Source: Octopus vulgaris (lineage: Eukaryota). From it: DNA of 64,000 nucleotides. The notes under the pieces are model-generated. The model worked only from the letters and a program-made list of their open reading frames with translations, did no database searches and was not told the origin of the DNA. The stretch covers positions 41,788,001 to 41,852,000 of the forward strand of contig OX597838.1 of NCBI GenBank assembly GCA_951406725.2, in the 5' to 3' direction. Numbering within the stretch: the stretch's first letter is position 1; each line of letters starts with the position of its first letter. Shown in pieces: positions 23,186 to 37,629 of the stretch. A program made the translations under genes and the position numbers.

Positions 23186-25389
23186 AGGTGTTCAATGTCC
23201 TTTAATGTGGAATACTTACTATTAGTTCTCCTTTATCCTTTATTCATTTCAGTCATGGAAGGGTTTACTCGAATGAACCAATCCCAGATTCTTGTTCTTT
23301 TCTTTCCAGCCTGGCACTTACTCTTTTGGTGTTTTTTTTTCCCAAACTGCTTAGTCGTAGGATGGAATTAAACTAAGACTGGCTGTCAAGTGGTGAAAGG
23401 AGACAAGCATCACTCATATCTACATGCATATTCTGCTACCTAGGGGACCTAATTGGTAGTGGGGGACACTGTGTGGAACGTGTAATCACTAGAATAAGAA
23501 CATGGTGGAGAAAATCTAGAGAGCTTTTATCTTCATTGGCAACCAAAGGTCTCTCTCTCTTTCTCTCGCTCTGAGTAAGAAGATGCATGTATACGAACAA
23601 CAATGCCACATGGTTGTAAGACAGGACCCTGAATGCTGAGACATGTCAAAGAGTAGAGAAGAATGAAGCTTGTATGCTCCACTGGATGTGCAGTGTCAGT
23701 GTGCAAGTGTATTGAGAGAAAAGTTAGGCATCAGAGGAATTGGATGCAGGGTGCGAGAGAGAAGACTGAGCTGGTTTGGTCACATTATACGGGTGGATGT
23801 AGACAGCTGCATAAAGTAGTGCTGGTCACTTAAAGTGGATGGAACTAGTGGAAGGGGGAGACATGGGATGAATTGCTGAGGGCTGATTGTTGGTCACTGA
23901 TTCTTATGAAGGAAATGACAAAGGACCGAGATGTCTGGTACCTTGCTGTACTCAAGAAGACCACCTGCCCACTACAGCAGACTTACTAATGCTTCTGCCC
24001 CAGCTGAAGAGGTTGTTTTTTTTTAATTTTGCCTTGGAAAGCCTTCAAGCTATTCCATGTATAAAGTACCCTTGCAGGTGCCACATAAGAAGCACCCAAC
24101 ACACTGTAAAGTGGTTGGCATTATGAAGGGCATCCAGCCATAGAAACCAGGCCAAATCAGGCTGGAACCTGGTATAGCTCACCAGCTCTGGTCAAACTGT
24201 CCAACGCATACCAGCATGGAAAACGGGCATTAAATGATGATGCATAAATACATATATATATATATACAATGGGCTTCACCCCAGTTTTCATCTACTAAGA
24301 CGTTGGTTGGTCCCTGAGCTATAATAAACGACACTTAACCAAAGTGCCATGCAGTGGGACTGAACCTGGAACCATGTAATTGTAAATAAGCTTCTTAGTT
24401 ACACAATCAAAGGTTTCTAGCAATAAAAATATACATGTTGTAATCATGCATATTTTGTTCACTTGTCATAACAAAACACATAACCTTCATTACCCTCATC
24501 ATTTACTGCCCATGTTCCATGTGGGCCTGGGTTGGACTACTTTACAAAATATTGAAGAGTTGATAAGGATGGTGCAAGAAAGCTGACCTTTGTCATAAAC
24601 CTGCCAAACATGACACTTGTAAAATTGCTGAGCACAGTTGAGGCAATGAGTTGAGTACTGTTCTAATGTTCTATATTGCCTTCTGTTGTGTCGTACATCC
24701 ACCACCATAAAACTGTGAAGATTGCCTTGCGTTTCTTCCTAGCATAACATGATGGTTGTTATAAATTAATGTTTTATGTTAAAATGTGATGAAATGTACT
24801 GGAGTGTTTATATGTAATTGTGTGTATGTGTGTGTGTGTGTGTGTGATGATGATGATCATCATCATCATCATTATTTTGACATCCACTTTTCCATGCCTG
24901 CGTGAGACAGAGAATTCATTGAGGTAGATTTTCTTTGGCTGCCTGCTTTTCCTGTTACCAACCCTGTTTCCAAGCAAGTTAATAGCCTCACTTGTCTATT
25001 GAACAATACAACAGCCCAGACGTTGTTATGTGGAGAACTAGAAAGAAATTACATGATTCCAATGACTTTTTTTCTCTTTCTCCATAAAGATCACACCTGT
25101 GAAGAAAGCTAGACCTGCATTCATAGTGATTGGCTGTGAGGCTGTTATTTATTTGTCACATGGAGACAAAGGGAAATCCAGACACATGCACACCACCTGT
25201 TTCTTCAGTTTCTTTCTACCAACTTCTCTCACAAGGAATTGGTCAACCCATAGTTGTGCTATTAAATGCCAGCTGACGGCATTCACATAGTGAAACTGAA
25301 TCCCTAAACACCTGGTGGGTCTCAAGCAAAGTTTTCCCCCCACAGCCATGCCTGTGTCTATTTACATATCCAGGATGTTCAGGCTAAAT

Positions 25390-25960
25390 TTGATGATCTT
25401 TTTTATGTCTCCTTTTTACACGAACAGCTTTGTGTATTGGTGCACAGTCAACAGTGTTGGAGAGCATAAAGATATTAAAGTTGTCATTGAGAAAAAGTCA
25501 GCTGAACATGGAGGACTGGAAGCTGTCAGAACATTGGGGAAGAGTTGTCTGTACCATGATGATTCACACCAGATATCCAAATGCCAACATCATCACTGCT
25601 GCTCAATGCTCCATGAACACTGTAAAGGCTGAAAGACAAGACATGGACAGCTGCAGTGGAGACTACGAAGCCATGACCAGCAAAAAGGTGATGGTCGTTG
25701 GGTGTAATTCTGGTGAGGGTGTTGTTATGTTGCCTAATTCTTTGAACAGGACCTTAGGTTCAACTCGGATGGCCTTGTGAAGCTGCTGAAAGGTCATATG
25801 TGTGGCAGCAGGATTTGGCTCCTTGCCATACCTTTGGAAAGAATAAGAAGTAGTTGTTGGGGGAACTTCTACAGCTTTGCCAGCCCCAATTTCTGAGAGC
25901 AGTTACTTTGAGTAAAGTGTTATCTCCCAGCCATCATCTAGTTGATATATTTTGATTTTT
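25390..25960 (+). mobile_element. Internally deleted Tc1/mariner-superfamily transposase remnant
   Basis: Reads VMVVGCNSGEGVVMLP... and, in another frame, VWQQDLAPCHT (QQDxAPxH motif). Confidence 0.55.
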
Positions 25961-26092
25961 TAAAAATGTTTTTTTATTTCTGGATGGAATATTGTGCTTC
26001 CTTCTCCTTTTATGCAAACTGTCAAACTTAGCGCATGCACACACACACACACAGAATAATAGAAATACTTTGTTAAATGGAAGTTTTATTAT

Positions 26093-27150
26093 TTAATATG
26101 GTGTTGGTCCACTTTTGTCATCAATTACAGCTTTAATACATTGAGGAATTGACTCCTACAAGTTCTGAATGGTTGTTGTGAGAGTTCTAAGCCATTCTTC
26201 AAGTGAAACCTGATTTAGCTATTTCAGCTGCGATGACAGAGGGAAGCAGCTTCTGTCTTGTTGCTCCAAAATGCAGCATAAGGGTTCAATTATTTTGAGC
26301 TGCAGTGATTGCGAGGGGACAATCCTTGTGTCTGCCTCACTTTTATGCTCTTTGTGCTAATCTTGAATAATATGAGCTGTGTGGATCAGTGCATTATTGC
26401 CCTGGAAGATCGTGCTACCATCAGGGAACAATATTTGCAACATAGGATGGACATGATCAGCCAAAATACCCAGATAATCCTTGGTATTAACTCTGCCGTG
26501 TAGAACAGCCAAAGGAATTCCATGATATGGCTGCCTAAGTCATCACAAATCCATTTCCATGCTTTGGGGTAGGGGCCAAACAGTTGAAAACCTCTTTGGG
26601 CTGTTCCCAAACATAAACTCATCACAAAGTGGGAGAAAATGGTGAATGATGATTAATCAAAGAAGCTGACCTTGTTTCATTGAGCCATTAATCACTTTTG
26701 ATTGTCTAGACCCCATTTTTTCCACTTATCAATGTTGATGAGGGATAGGTGAAATTTAGCAATTCCAATCCCACCCCCATCTCCTATAATAGCCAGATTT
26801 ATGGATGCAGTTTTGTTTGACTCAGGGTTGGAATGTAAAGGTAGTGCTTTAACTCTGCCATCAACTTCAGCAGTTTTTAGATACACCACGTTTCACTATT
26901 CTTTGGTCCTTTCCTAAGAGCTTTGCCTTCTGTCCAGAACTGGTTTTACTTTGGTTTTGGAATGCCAGACACTGGAAAAGAAAAAAGAAGTAAAACAGAA
27001 GTTAGTATCATGAAATGCAAGGCATACATAATGTATATGACACACACACACACACACACACACATGTGTGTAGTGTATAACAGTTTGGAATTACCATTAG
27101 TAAAAACAACTAAATAAAAATTGGTGCCTCCGTTATTTTGTCCAACCCCT
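26093..27150 (-). mobile_element. Degenerate Tc1 element
   Basis: Minus strand reads IFQGNNA...PQSLQLKIIEPL...ESIPQCIKAVIDDKSGPTPY*. TIR-like caggggttggacaaaataa ends at 27150. Confidence 0.7.
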
Positions 27151-28804
27151 GCTTGTGTATATTTGTTTGTGTAGCTTTATGCTTCCCTCTATGTTCCTAT
27201 CACTTCATGGTTAATCCACAATACGTTAATCTCTTATCACAACTTTGTTTGTGTGAATCTTTTAGCTAATTCTCTTTAATCAACCTTCCTTGTTTCGTTT
27301 CTGAGCTCCTTGTCTTTGAACACTCATGGTTTCCAGTGCAGCAAACTCAGTTCAAGATCTCATTAGTGAAGTCAGCATTAAAAGACTTGACTCCTAACAT
27401 ACAAGAAGTGGGTCAACATTTTTGAGAACAACTCTTTGGGGATTGATGTCACTTGGAAAAAGTTGGCACAAGATCTCTATTCTTCAGGTTGATGGTCAGT
27501 CCAAGTTGTATACATAATTGAACACTTGGAGTTAAAATCTTACTGCATTTGTGGTGGTGGTCATATATTTCCCTTTAGTAAATTTGGAATCTCTCTCCAA
27601 AAGAAAAGCAGTATATGTTGACTGCTTCAAAAACGAATGGATTCAGGATTTAAATGTTGATGTTATTTAACCCTAGGTTTTCTCAAATTAAGCAAACCTG
27701 TCAGCAACTGCATTGCAACTGTTGACTTCCAATCTTATTTTCAGACATTGTTTATCTGGGACTACATTATCCAATGTGACATTCTTGCTGGTTTAGCCCC
27801 CATTCTACCTTAATGCATCAGTATTTCAGCTGTCAACATCTGATCATATTTTCTGATATTGTGTATTTAGGACTTCATGATCCATTGTGCCTTGTGTATG
27901 ATTTGAGGGAGAAATTATTCCTATTTCTAGCTAGCTGAGTCACGACTTAGAGCTCCCTCTTTGGTTCATCTTAAATATCTGCACCCATTGTTGTTTAGCC
28001 CCTGGGCAACCTTGACTGAGCCAACCTGTGCTGTGATCATCTTGTTTATATATTTTCCAGGCTGTGTGGTTAAGAAATTTGCCTCCCAACTATGTGATGT
28101 GGGTTTCAATCCCACTACATGGCACCTTGAGTAAGAGTCTTCTATTGCCCTGGGCTAACCAAACCTTTGTGAGTGGATTCAGCTGAGAAAAACTGAAGAA
28201 GCCTCTCTGGATGTGTTTCAGTTGGTCCTTGTCTTGACATTGCACAACAGTTGTACACAAGTCTGACCATCGTCTACTCAGTGTCCTCAATTTCCAGTGT
28301 TCTGTGAGAACACATTTGGCCATTGGGAAATACTAACTTTGCTTGGAAACAGGTAAGGGTTGGTGACAGAAAGAGCATCCAGCCATAGAAAATCTTCCTC
28401 AATAAATACCCTCTGACCCATGCAAGAATGGGAAACTGGACAGTAAAAGGACAATGGTGACTACATACTCCACTATATCTTTAGAAACACTAGGGTGTGA
28501 TTTGAGGACGATTTAGCTGCTATGTTCAGCATGATAGTGTTTAAGGTTTGTTAGTTTTTTTGTTGATATCCCAGTCATTGGATATATTACCAAGCAGGAA
28601 AGGAAGGAGGAAAACAATATGTTGTTACCATTGGTAGTAAAACTACCAATGGTCTTCTTCTTCTTGTTGATGATGTTTGCTCTTTCTCTCTCTCTCTTAT
28701 CCAGTCTCAAGTAATCCTAGCAACTACATTGAGCTGAAAGTTTACCTTGCTATATATTTAACTTTGAAGCTCTTACTGGTGGGCTTACTTAAACAAGCAT
28801 GCAC

Positions 28805-28855
<51 letters not shown>

Positions 28856-30183
28856 CATGAATATATGTTTATATGTATGTATGTATGTACATGAATATAT
28901 GTTTATATGTATGCATTTATACACACACACACACAAATCTATGTATTGACATGTATGTGAGTGTACACGTGTATATATATGCATGTATGTATGTTTGTTT
29001 ACATATAGGTGTTTGTGTGTGTGTGTATGTCTATTGTACATACATCTATGCTGAGAATTCCAGATATACACTCAACATACATAAACACACCAGCCATATT
29101 CTTTAGTGTAGACTCACTGGTTGGACATAGAAACAGGAAATGCACACACACACACACATTTCAACAATGTATGAGTGTTTAATTGCTAATTGGTTGAAGT
29201 TAATCTTAGCTCTACAGCCACTGTGCTCACCCACACCAACACTACCGCCAACAGCAACACCACCACCACCACCACCACTGCTCCTCTCTACCTTGGACCT
29301 AGTGTATCATAAACTAGAGTTGACACCTGGTTTCTTTAAGCCTCAATGTTTCTGTATAAGCACTGTGCGTGTGTGTGTGTGTGTGTGTTTAAGTGTTGTT
29401 TGCATGTGAGGTGTGGGTGCTCATTCTGGGCCTATCATCAACTCCTCTACCTCTGGTTGCTGTTCTATGCTGCTACTGTGATATTTTACCTCCCTGCTCA
29501 AGTGCACTGGTTTTCTGGCTGCCCAATGTTTTTGGTGAACCCTAAAAGAGAGAGCAGATATTTATTATTCAACAGGAACCTGCCAAAATAATGGCCCTTT
29601 CACTAACATGTCTGTGTCTCCTTCAAAATAAACGTCTGTTTGATTCCTTTAATGCACTAGGATTTTCAGCTGCATATATATATGCACATAATGTTCATTC
29701 ATTCATCTCACTAGACACATAATTACATACATACATGCATATAAGCACGTTAATTGCAATGCAGGTGCACATATAATCACATTGCATATGAATACCTTAG
29801 ATGCAATTATAAGTATATTTATACACACAGGTGTCTACGCTTGAGTACCTACCACTGTATGTATGTGTACTTATAAGCATAGATATATACAGACATATAT
29901 ACACACATGTTACACTCTTCAACAGGTTTAAGTCAACGGACTGTGGCCATGATGGATCACCACCAAGACTTCACTGCTGCTGCTTTTATTGATCCACATT
30001 TATTGACTTGCTAAGTGATGTTTTTTTAACACAACACTGGTTCTACACCATTAAACATTAAACACACACATGGACATAACATACACATATATACACATGT
30101 GTACATATAAGAATATTATAGCCTTTCTGTGCAGTTTCAGTCTAACAAATTCCACTTTTGAGGTGTCATAAACACTCAAATGC

Positions 30184-30275
<92 letters not shown>

Positions 30276-30730
30276 CATGCATGCACATATATACATTATG
30301 TACAAATATATATTCTTTTACTTGTTTTAGTCATTAGACTGCGGCCATGCTGGAGCACCACCTCAAGGGGTTTTAGTTGAGCAAATTGACACTACGACTT
30401 ATTCTTTGTAGGCCTAATATTTATTCTGTCATTCTCTTTTGACAAACTGCTAGGTTACAGGGACATAGCACACCTACATTGCTTGTCAAGTGATGATGCT
30501 AATGACAAACACAGATACAAACTCACAAATATATATACACACATGCACGCACACACATATATACATACAATGGGCTTCTTTCAGTTTCCATCTACCAAAT
30601 CCACTCACATGGCTTTGGGTGGCCCACAACTATCGTAGAAGACACTTGCTTCAGGTGCCACACAGTGAGACTGAACCCAGAACCATGTGGCTGGGAAGCA
30701 AGCTTCTTACCACACAGCCTCACTTGTGCA

Positions 30731-30734
<4 letters not shown>

Positions 30735-30793
<59 letters not shown>

Positions 30794-30893
30794 TTATATA
30801 AAGATATATTGTGTGTGTGTGTATATATATATATTTATATAAAGATATATTGTGTGTGTGTGTGTATATATATATATTTATATGAAGATATAT

Positions 30894-30928
<35 letters not shown>

Positions 30929-30971
30929 GTGTGTATATATATATTGTGTGTGTATATACATATATATACAT

Positions 30972-31022
<51 letters not shown>

Positions 31023-31315
31023 TTGTGTGTATATACATATATAAATATATACATATATACATATATAAATATATACATATATATATACACATATATATAC
31101 TATATATATATACACATATATACTATATATACACATATATATACACATATACATATATACTATATATACATATATACATATATATATATACACATATATA
31201 CTATATATATATATATATATATACATATATACACATATATATATACATATATATACATACACATACATATATATATACACATATACATATATATACATAT
31301 ATATATATATATATC
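30735..31315. repeat. Compound (TA)/(TG)/(CA) microsatellite
   Basis: Visible directly; source of the spurious YIYI ORFs. Many shorter tracts occur throughout the window. Confidence 0.95.
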
Positions 31316-31400
31316 TGCGATTTATACAACCTATTTACCTCTCTACACTTGGATGCATTCTCCCTCCCCCCCTTTCTGTCTCCTTTTCCTTTCTCCCTCC

Positions 31401-31439
<39 letters not shown>

Positions 31440-33795
31440 CACACATACGTATTTTTATTATTGCTATCAAATTAAGCTGCTTATATTATCTCTAAATACA
31501 CTGATATCACAAAGAAGTCTGGTGGTGGTGGAGGGGGGGGGGGGGGGCAAAAGAGTTTCAAAGTAATCAGAAGAATGTTGAAGCTTCACAGCAAGGAATC
31601 TGGTTGTCAGCTTTAAAAATACAAATCCATATAATTCTATTTCAGCTTATACCCTAAATACACGCACACACATTAACTACATACACACATATACATTTAA
31701 TATATACACACATATACATTTATTACCTACACTTATACAATATATACATATACCTTAAAAACATACATAGATTGTATACCTACACATAAGCCTAAAATCT
31801 ATACAAGAAGTATTTCAACATCTATTACATACATTCTATAGTCACATAAACTGCTTAATACTGCAATTTCTCGAGTTTCCACCATTTCTTGTAACATGGA
31901 AGTCTCCCAGAGCATTAACATGTGATAAATTCTTCAGCGGTGATGATGGTGGGAGTATTGTTTCCCCTTTGTGCTTCCATACCATCCAATGCTCACTGTC
32001 TGTACACAAGAAATTAAGGCCTTAAGGAATAACCGGTGAAATCTTCACAATGTAAGTAGGATATTTCTTGTGAGTTTTCTTTTCTTCATAAACATTTACG
32101 CATTTCTTGTTTATATCTGTCGATGTAACAGTATGATCTTTATATTCTCTTTGTATATACGAGTAAGCACATAAATGCAAAACAAGGTGGGGGGAAACTG
32201 GTACTCAAAGGCTGAGGGTGGGGTAATATACTTAAACAAAAATTGTCATAAACTGTGTGTTGTGTTCTTGAGCAAGACACTTTATTTCACGCTGCTCCTG
32301 TTCACTCATCTGTAGAAATGAGTTGCAATGTGACTGGTGCCAAACTGCATCGGCCCCTTTGCCTTGGATAACATCAGTGGCATGGAGAGGAGAGGCTGGT
32401 ATGCATGGGCGACTGCTGGTCTTCCACAAACAACCTTGCCTGAACTTTCTAGATGCAATCCCATGGTCATTCATGACTAAAGGGGATCTATATATCTATA
32501 TACATATATACACACACATAACAGACCCACTCATACACATACATGTATATTCTTCCAGCTTGATGGATCCTGTCAAACCATCCAACCCATATTAGCATTG
32601 AAGACAGACTTTAAATGATGATCATGTCCCCTCTCTCCCCTCCCCCTTCTCTATGTATACGAATTGCATTGGATTGCTCAACTTCAGTCCACTGCAGGAT
32701 GAAGGCCTCTGCATGTTCTCTCCACCAACCACAGGTCCGATGTAGAGGCCATGAATCTGAGCTTGAGATCATACTGGTTTGATGAGCCCACTCTGCCACA
32801 CTGGTTTGGCATGGCTTGGCAGAGGGATGCAATTTTTATACTTATACCCAGAAGTAGTTAAGTCAATTACATCAACCCCAGTATTCAACTGGTACTTATT
32901 TTATTTATCCCAAAAGGATGAACAACAAAGTCAACCTTGGTGGAATTTGAACTCAGAACATAAAGATGGCCAAAATACTGCTAAGCATTTCACCTCTGTG
33001 TGTATATGGAATATGGCCAGTATAGATCTGGAAAGATCACAGTTCAAATGAGAACTCGTGACACAATTATGTAAAGTGTATAGTTTGGCATAAGAGGAAT
33101 TCTATGCAGTGTGCTTGAGAGGATAATTCTCAGTTGCATAAACAAGTGCTGATCACTTAAAGTGGAAAGAAATAATGGTAGAGGCAGAGTCAGGAAGACA
33201 TGGATGAAGCCCTGGAGGCTGATCTCAAAATGCTGAGCCTTTCAAAGGAGATGGCAGAGGACCGAGATATGTGGTGCATTGCTGTATTCAAGAAGATCCA
33301 CTCACCACAGCAGAATTGATCTCCTAAAACCAAAGTGCCTCATGAAATTCATTATGGTTGGTGCTGGTGCTGCATAAAAAGCATTCGGTAGACTCTCCCC
33401 CCACCCCGCAGTTCATTCTTTCTAAGCCTTCTCTTGATCTCTTGATTTTCTCGTGCTTCATTTTCTCTCTTTCAAACTCTGAACTCTCTTCCTCCATCCA
33501 TTTCAGTCTTGTGCCTCCCTCTCCCAATCAGCAACTGAAACTCCTGTCTGTGCCAGAACAATTCTGAGCCAGTCCTCGGACCTCATTTGTCGGTTTATCT
33601 CCTGGCCTCCTACTGCCCCACCATACAAATGTTTCTCAGGAAGTCTTTCATCTTTCATTCTCACCAGATGTCCACCCTACCCCAAACGACTTTGCAGAAC
33701 CATTGATTCTATACTTCTGCTGCCTCTTCTCTCAAGTACCTCCACATCACTGATTGCCATTTCCCAATTTATCCCAAGAAATATATATATATATA

Positions 33796-35495
33796 TCATC
33801 ATCATCATCATCGTCGTTTAACGTCCGCTTTCCATGCTAGCATGGGTTGGACGGTTCAACTGGGGTCTGGGGAGCCCGAAGGCTGCCAGACGAGGCTGGC
33901 AGACGGCCACGCTCGGATGGTGTTTTTATGTGCCACCGACACAGGTGCCAGACGAGGCTGGCAGACGGCCACGCTCGGATGGTGTTTTTATGTGCCACCG
34001 ACACAGGTGCCAGACGAGGCTGGCAGACGGCCACGCTCGGACGGTGTTTGCGGTACTGGCTACGGTCCCGTTCAGATGGTTTTCTTATGTGCCACCGGCA
34101 CTGGTACCACAAGGATACAAATTCCATTGATGTTCATCTATTTTGATTTGGTTTGACTTGATTCGATTTGACTTTGATTTGATTTGCCTCAACAGGTCTT
34201 CACAAGTGTCACAAGCAGGAAGGTATGCACAGGCGGACTGACTACGTCCCAGGTAGGGGCCACGGGTTATGGCTTCACTAGTCTTGCCGGGTCTTCTCAC
34301 GCACAGCATACTTCCATAGGTCTCGGTCTCTGGTCATTTCCATGGTGAGACCTAACGTTCGAAGGTCGTGCTTCACCACCTCGTCCCAGGTTTTCCTGGG
34401 TCTACCTCTTCCACGGGTTCCCTCAACTGCTAGGGATTGACACTTTCTCACACACCTATCTTCATCCATTCTCGCCACATGACCATACCATCGCAATCGT
34501 CTCTCTTGCACGCAACAACTGATGCTTCTTAGGTACAACATTTCTCTTAGGGAACTAACACTCTGTCGAGTAAGTACACTGACATTACACATCCATCGGA
34601 GCATACTGGCTTCATTCCTCATGAGCTTACGCATGTCCTCAGCAGTCACGGCCCATGTTTCACTGCCATGTAGCATGGCAGTTCGAATACATGCATCATA
34701 CAGTCTGCCCTTTACTCTGAGCGAGAGGCCTTTAGTCACCAGCAGAGGTAAGAGCTCCCTAAACTTTGCCCAGGCTATTCTTATTCTAGCAGTTACACTC
34801 TCAGCGCACCCACCCCCACTACTGACTTGGTCACCTAGATAACGGAAGCTATCAACTACTTCTAATTTTTCCCCCTGGAAAGTGACGGAAGTTGTTTTCT
34901 GCAGATTTTTGGAGGTCAATGCTCCCGAGCATCTGCCACATATAAAGACTGTCTTCCCAGTTAGCCTACCTTTGACATTGCTGCACCTCTTATGTGTCCA
35001 TAGGTTACACTGGGTACATCTTATAGAGTTTTTACCTACACCTTTTCTACAGATCGAGCAGGGCCATCTTCCTGAGGACATTTGTGGATTGCCTACCTTT
35101 CTACTTATTAGTACTTTGGTTTTAGCTAGGTTGACTCTAAGGCCCCTCGATTCTAAACCCTCCTTCCACACCTGGAACTTCTCCTCCAGTTCTGATAGTG
35201 ACTCAGCAATTAGAGCGAGGTCGTCAGCATAGAGGAGCTCCCAGGGGCAACCTGTCTTGAATTCCTCTGTTATTGCCTGGAGGACTATGATAAATAGGAG
35301 GGGGCTGAGTACTGAGCCCTGGTGGACCCCAACCTCTACTTTGAATTCTTCTGTGTACATGTTGCCAACCCTAACCTTGCTTACGGCATCTCTGTACATG
35401 GCTTGCACAGCCCTCACCAGCCATTCATCTATCCCTAGTTTCCTCATTGACCACCAGATGAGGGATCGGGGGACCCTATCAAAGGCTTTCTCCAT
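33796..35495 (-). mobile_element. Young 5'-truncated RTE LINE, uninterrupted 405-codon RT/C-terminus with PHD-like insert
   Basis: Reads EKAFDRVP...GVHQGSVLSP...LYADDL...RGRGRPRKTW. 3'UTR has 62-bp repeats and a (GAT)n tail; (TA)n on both sides. Confidence 0.95.
33884..34049. repeat. 62-bp tandem repeat (2.7 copies) in the RTE 3'UTR
   Basis: Units start at 33884, 33946 and 34008; the first two are identical. Confidence 0.9.
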
Positions 35496-36149
35496 GTATA
35501 TATATATATATATATATATACAAGATAAGGGTAGAAGAAAAATTCTAATGCCAGATACGCCGAAACAAAATTTTTCTTCTGCCCTTATCTTGTAAATTAT
35601 GTATAAATTTTACCTTTAAAGGCATTTTTTGATATGCTGGCCATTGATAAAAAAATTTTCCCGAAAAAATGTTTATCCTATATGAATTATATATATATAT
35701 ATATATATACACACACATTTGCATGAATTTGTAATACTTTTCTTCAACCCCTTTTAATTCTTGACATCATATCCATTCCATGTAAGTCAGACCTTTTTGT
35801 ATGTAAGCATGTATACACTTTTTGCATTTCATGTATCTGGTATACTTTGTATATTGACCTACCTAACTTGCTTATCCTTATATTTACTTCTCTATACATA
35901 CATGTAACATTTCACACTAATATCCATCTACCAAATTCCATTCATATGACTATGGTACTCTGATAGAAAAACACTTACCCAGTGTATTGCTGTGCTGTGC
36001 AATGGAACTGAACTCATAAATCACATAGGTGTGAGGCAGATTTGTTACCCATTCAGCCATGTCTGCTGTATTTTTCACAGTCATACACTGGGACCAAGGC
36101 AGACATAGACACATACCATACATATATGTGTTAGAGTAGAATATTAGCC

Positions 36150-36590
36150 AGATCTGTTAAGCAAGTTTGATCCTTTCTCTGCCTTTTCAATGATCGTAAT
36201 AAGGGGACAACATTCCATATTCAAACTTGGTAGCATGTCACCAACAGGTTTAAATGGACATTTTTCCTTTCAACTTCCCTCTCCCTTCACCTCACTCTCA
36301 ACTCCTACCACTCCTCATTCCATTCCTCTTTCTTTCAACCTCTCCCACCTTGTTTCTCTCTCCTACCACTTCCTGCTCACCTATGAAACTCACATGGTCC
36401 TGTGGTCCTTATCAGTTGCAGCCAGTTTTTTTTAACTTAAAGGGTGTCAAGCTCTGCTGTCTCCTCCCTATTTCTCCCCTGTCTACTTTTCTGTGAAGAT
36501 GGACTCTGTCTGAAACACTGGATTTTCTACTCCCCACGGCAAGTGCATTGTACACTCTTTTTTTTTTTTTTATCAATTTACACATACAAG
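36150..36590 (+). mobile_element. Degenerate Penelope-like 3' fragment
   Basis: Reads QHSIFKLGSMSPTGLN, matching the PLE GIY-YIG C-terminal IFxLxTxxPxGLN motif. Followed by a pyrimidine-rich tract and a decayed ...tgaaga..ggac tct gtct gaaac motif at ~36490-36520. Confidence 0.6.
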
Positions 36591-37629
36591 GTGATCAATG
36601 ACAAAATAAATTTGGCTGATGGTAAATTTACTGATTTTTAAAAAATATGTTAAACTGTTAAATGCAGATAAACTTGGGTGTCAAGAACTAAGCAAGAGAC
36701 TCTACACATCTACACACATGCATGTATTTACATACATGGCATCAACCAAGGCAGTGGCATAGGTGTAGGAAACTTATCCTTGTCTGTAATGAATGCTGTC
36801 ACATAAAAAGAACAATTGACATTATTACACACAACTGGTTGTTTTCTCGTTGAGCAACTGGCAGTTTTCTTCTGATAAGCACAAAGAAATATCTGTTTTC
36901 TAGAGACCATAACCGTATTTAAATGAGAAATTTAATCTGCTAATAATGAATATATATATTAACCTGGCAAGACAAAGAAAAACCCTGGAATTAACTTTTT
37001 TTTTTTTTTCTGTACAGGGTGGTAGCATTAAGCAGTGATGTTTATAAATACAACCTTGTTACCAGTTTGAATATGCCTGAGGCAGATTTGAACCCATAAG
37101 GAAGCCATTCAGTAAGAACCTGTGCAAATATACAGTAAATGCTTTTTCTTCTGGGTTCGAATATGCCTTCAACATATTTGAATTGGTAACAAGTTTGTAT
37201 TTATTTACATTTTTCTGGTTGTGGAATAATGGGAAGAACCTTGCAGTGGACTTTTGAGTTGAATCATAATTTGTATCACTTAACCGAGAAAGACCAGTGA
37301 TATCCATTGATTAGTTGTGCAAAGTGTACGAGGACGGAAGCCATTCCAATAACAACTATTTCAGTGACAAAAAAAAAAACCTATAGCAACAAGCTAAAGT
37401 CATTGAGAAGAAAAAGGGGAAAAAACAAAAAGGGCCTGCTTAACAAGCAAGTAGCATAAATATACAATAAATGAGAGTAGTAAGAGCCCACTTGATTTTT
37501 ATGAAATCATGGATCATGTCTAATAGAATAGCAAAAAGGAAATGAAACATTGAATAAGATGAGTTAGTCATGGCTTGAATACCTTTCATTGGAACTCTAC
37601 TTAATGAGGGCTGATTGGAGGCTAAGCAA

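Noticed and set aside
30665-31495. 276-aa and other [12 protein letters not shown]-rich ORFs
   Set aside because: Translations of dinucleotide microsatellites that lack stop codons; no coding signal.
31865-31940. Minus-strand CTGAAGA...GAAACTCGAG hammerhead-like spacing
   Set aside because: Stem I does not pair and the cleavage triplet is absent; at most a decayed relic.
33884-34049. CRISPR-like array
   Set aside because: Head-to-tail repeats with no unique spacers, inside a LINE 3'UTR of a eukaryote; no cas genes.
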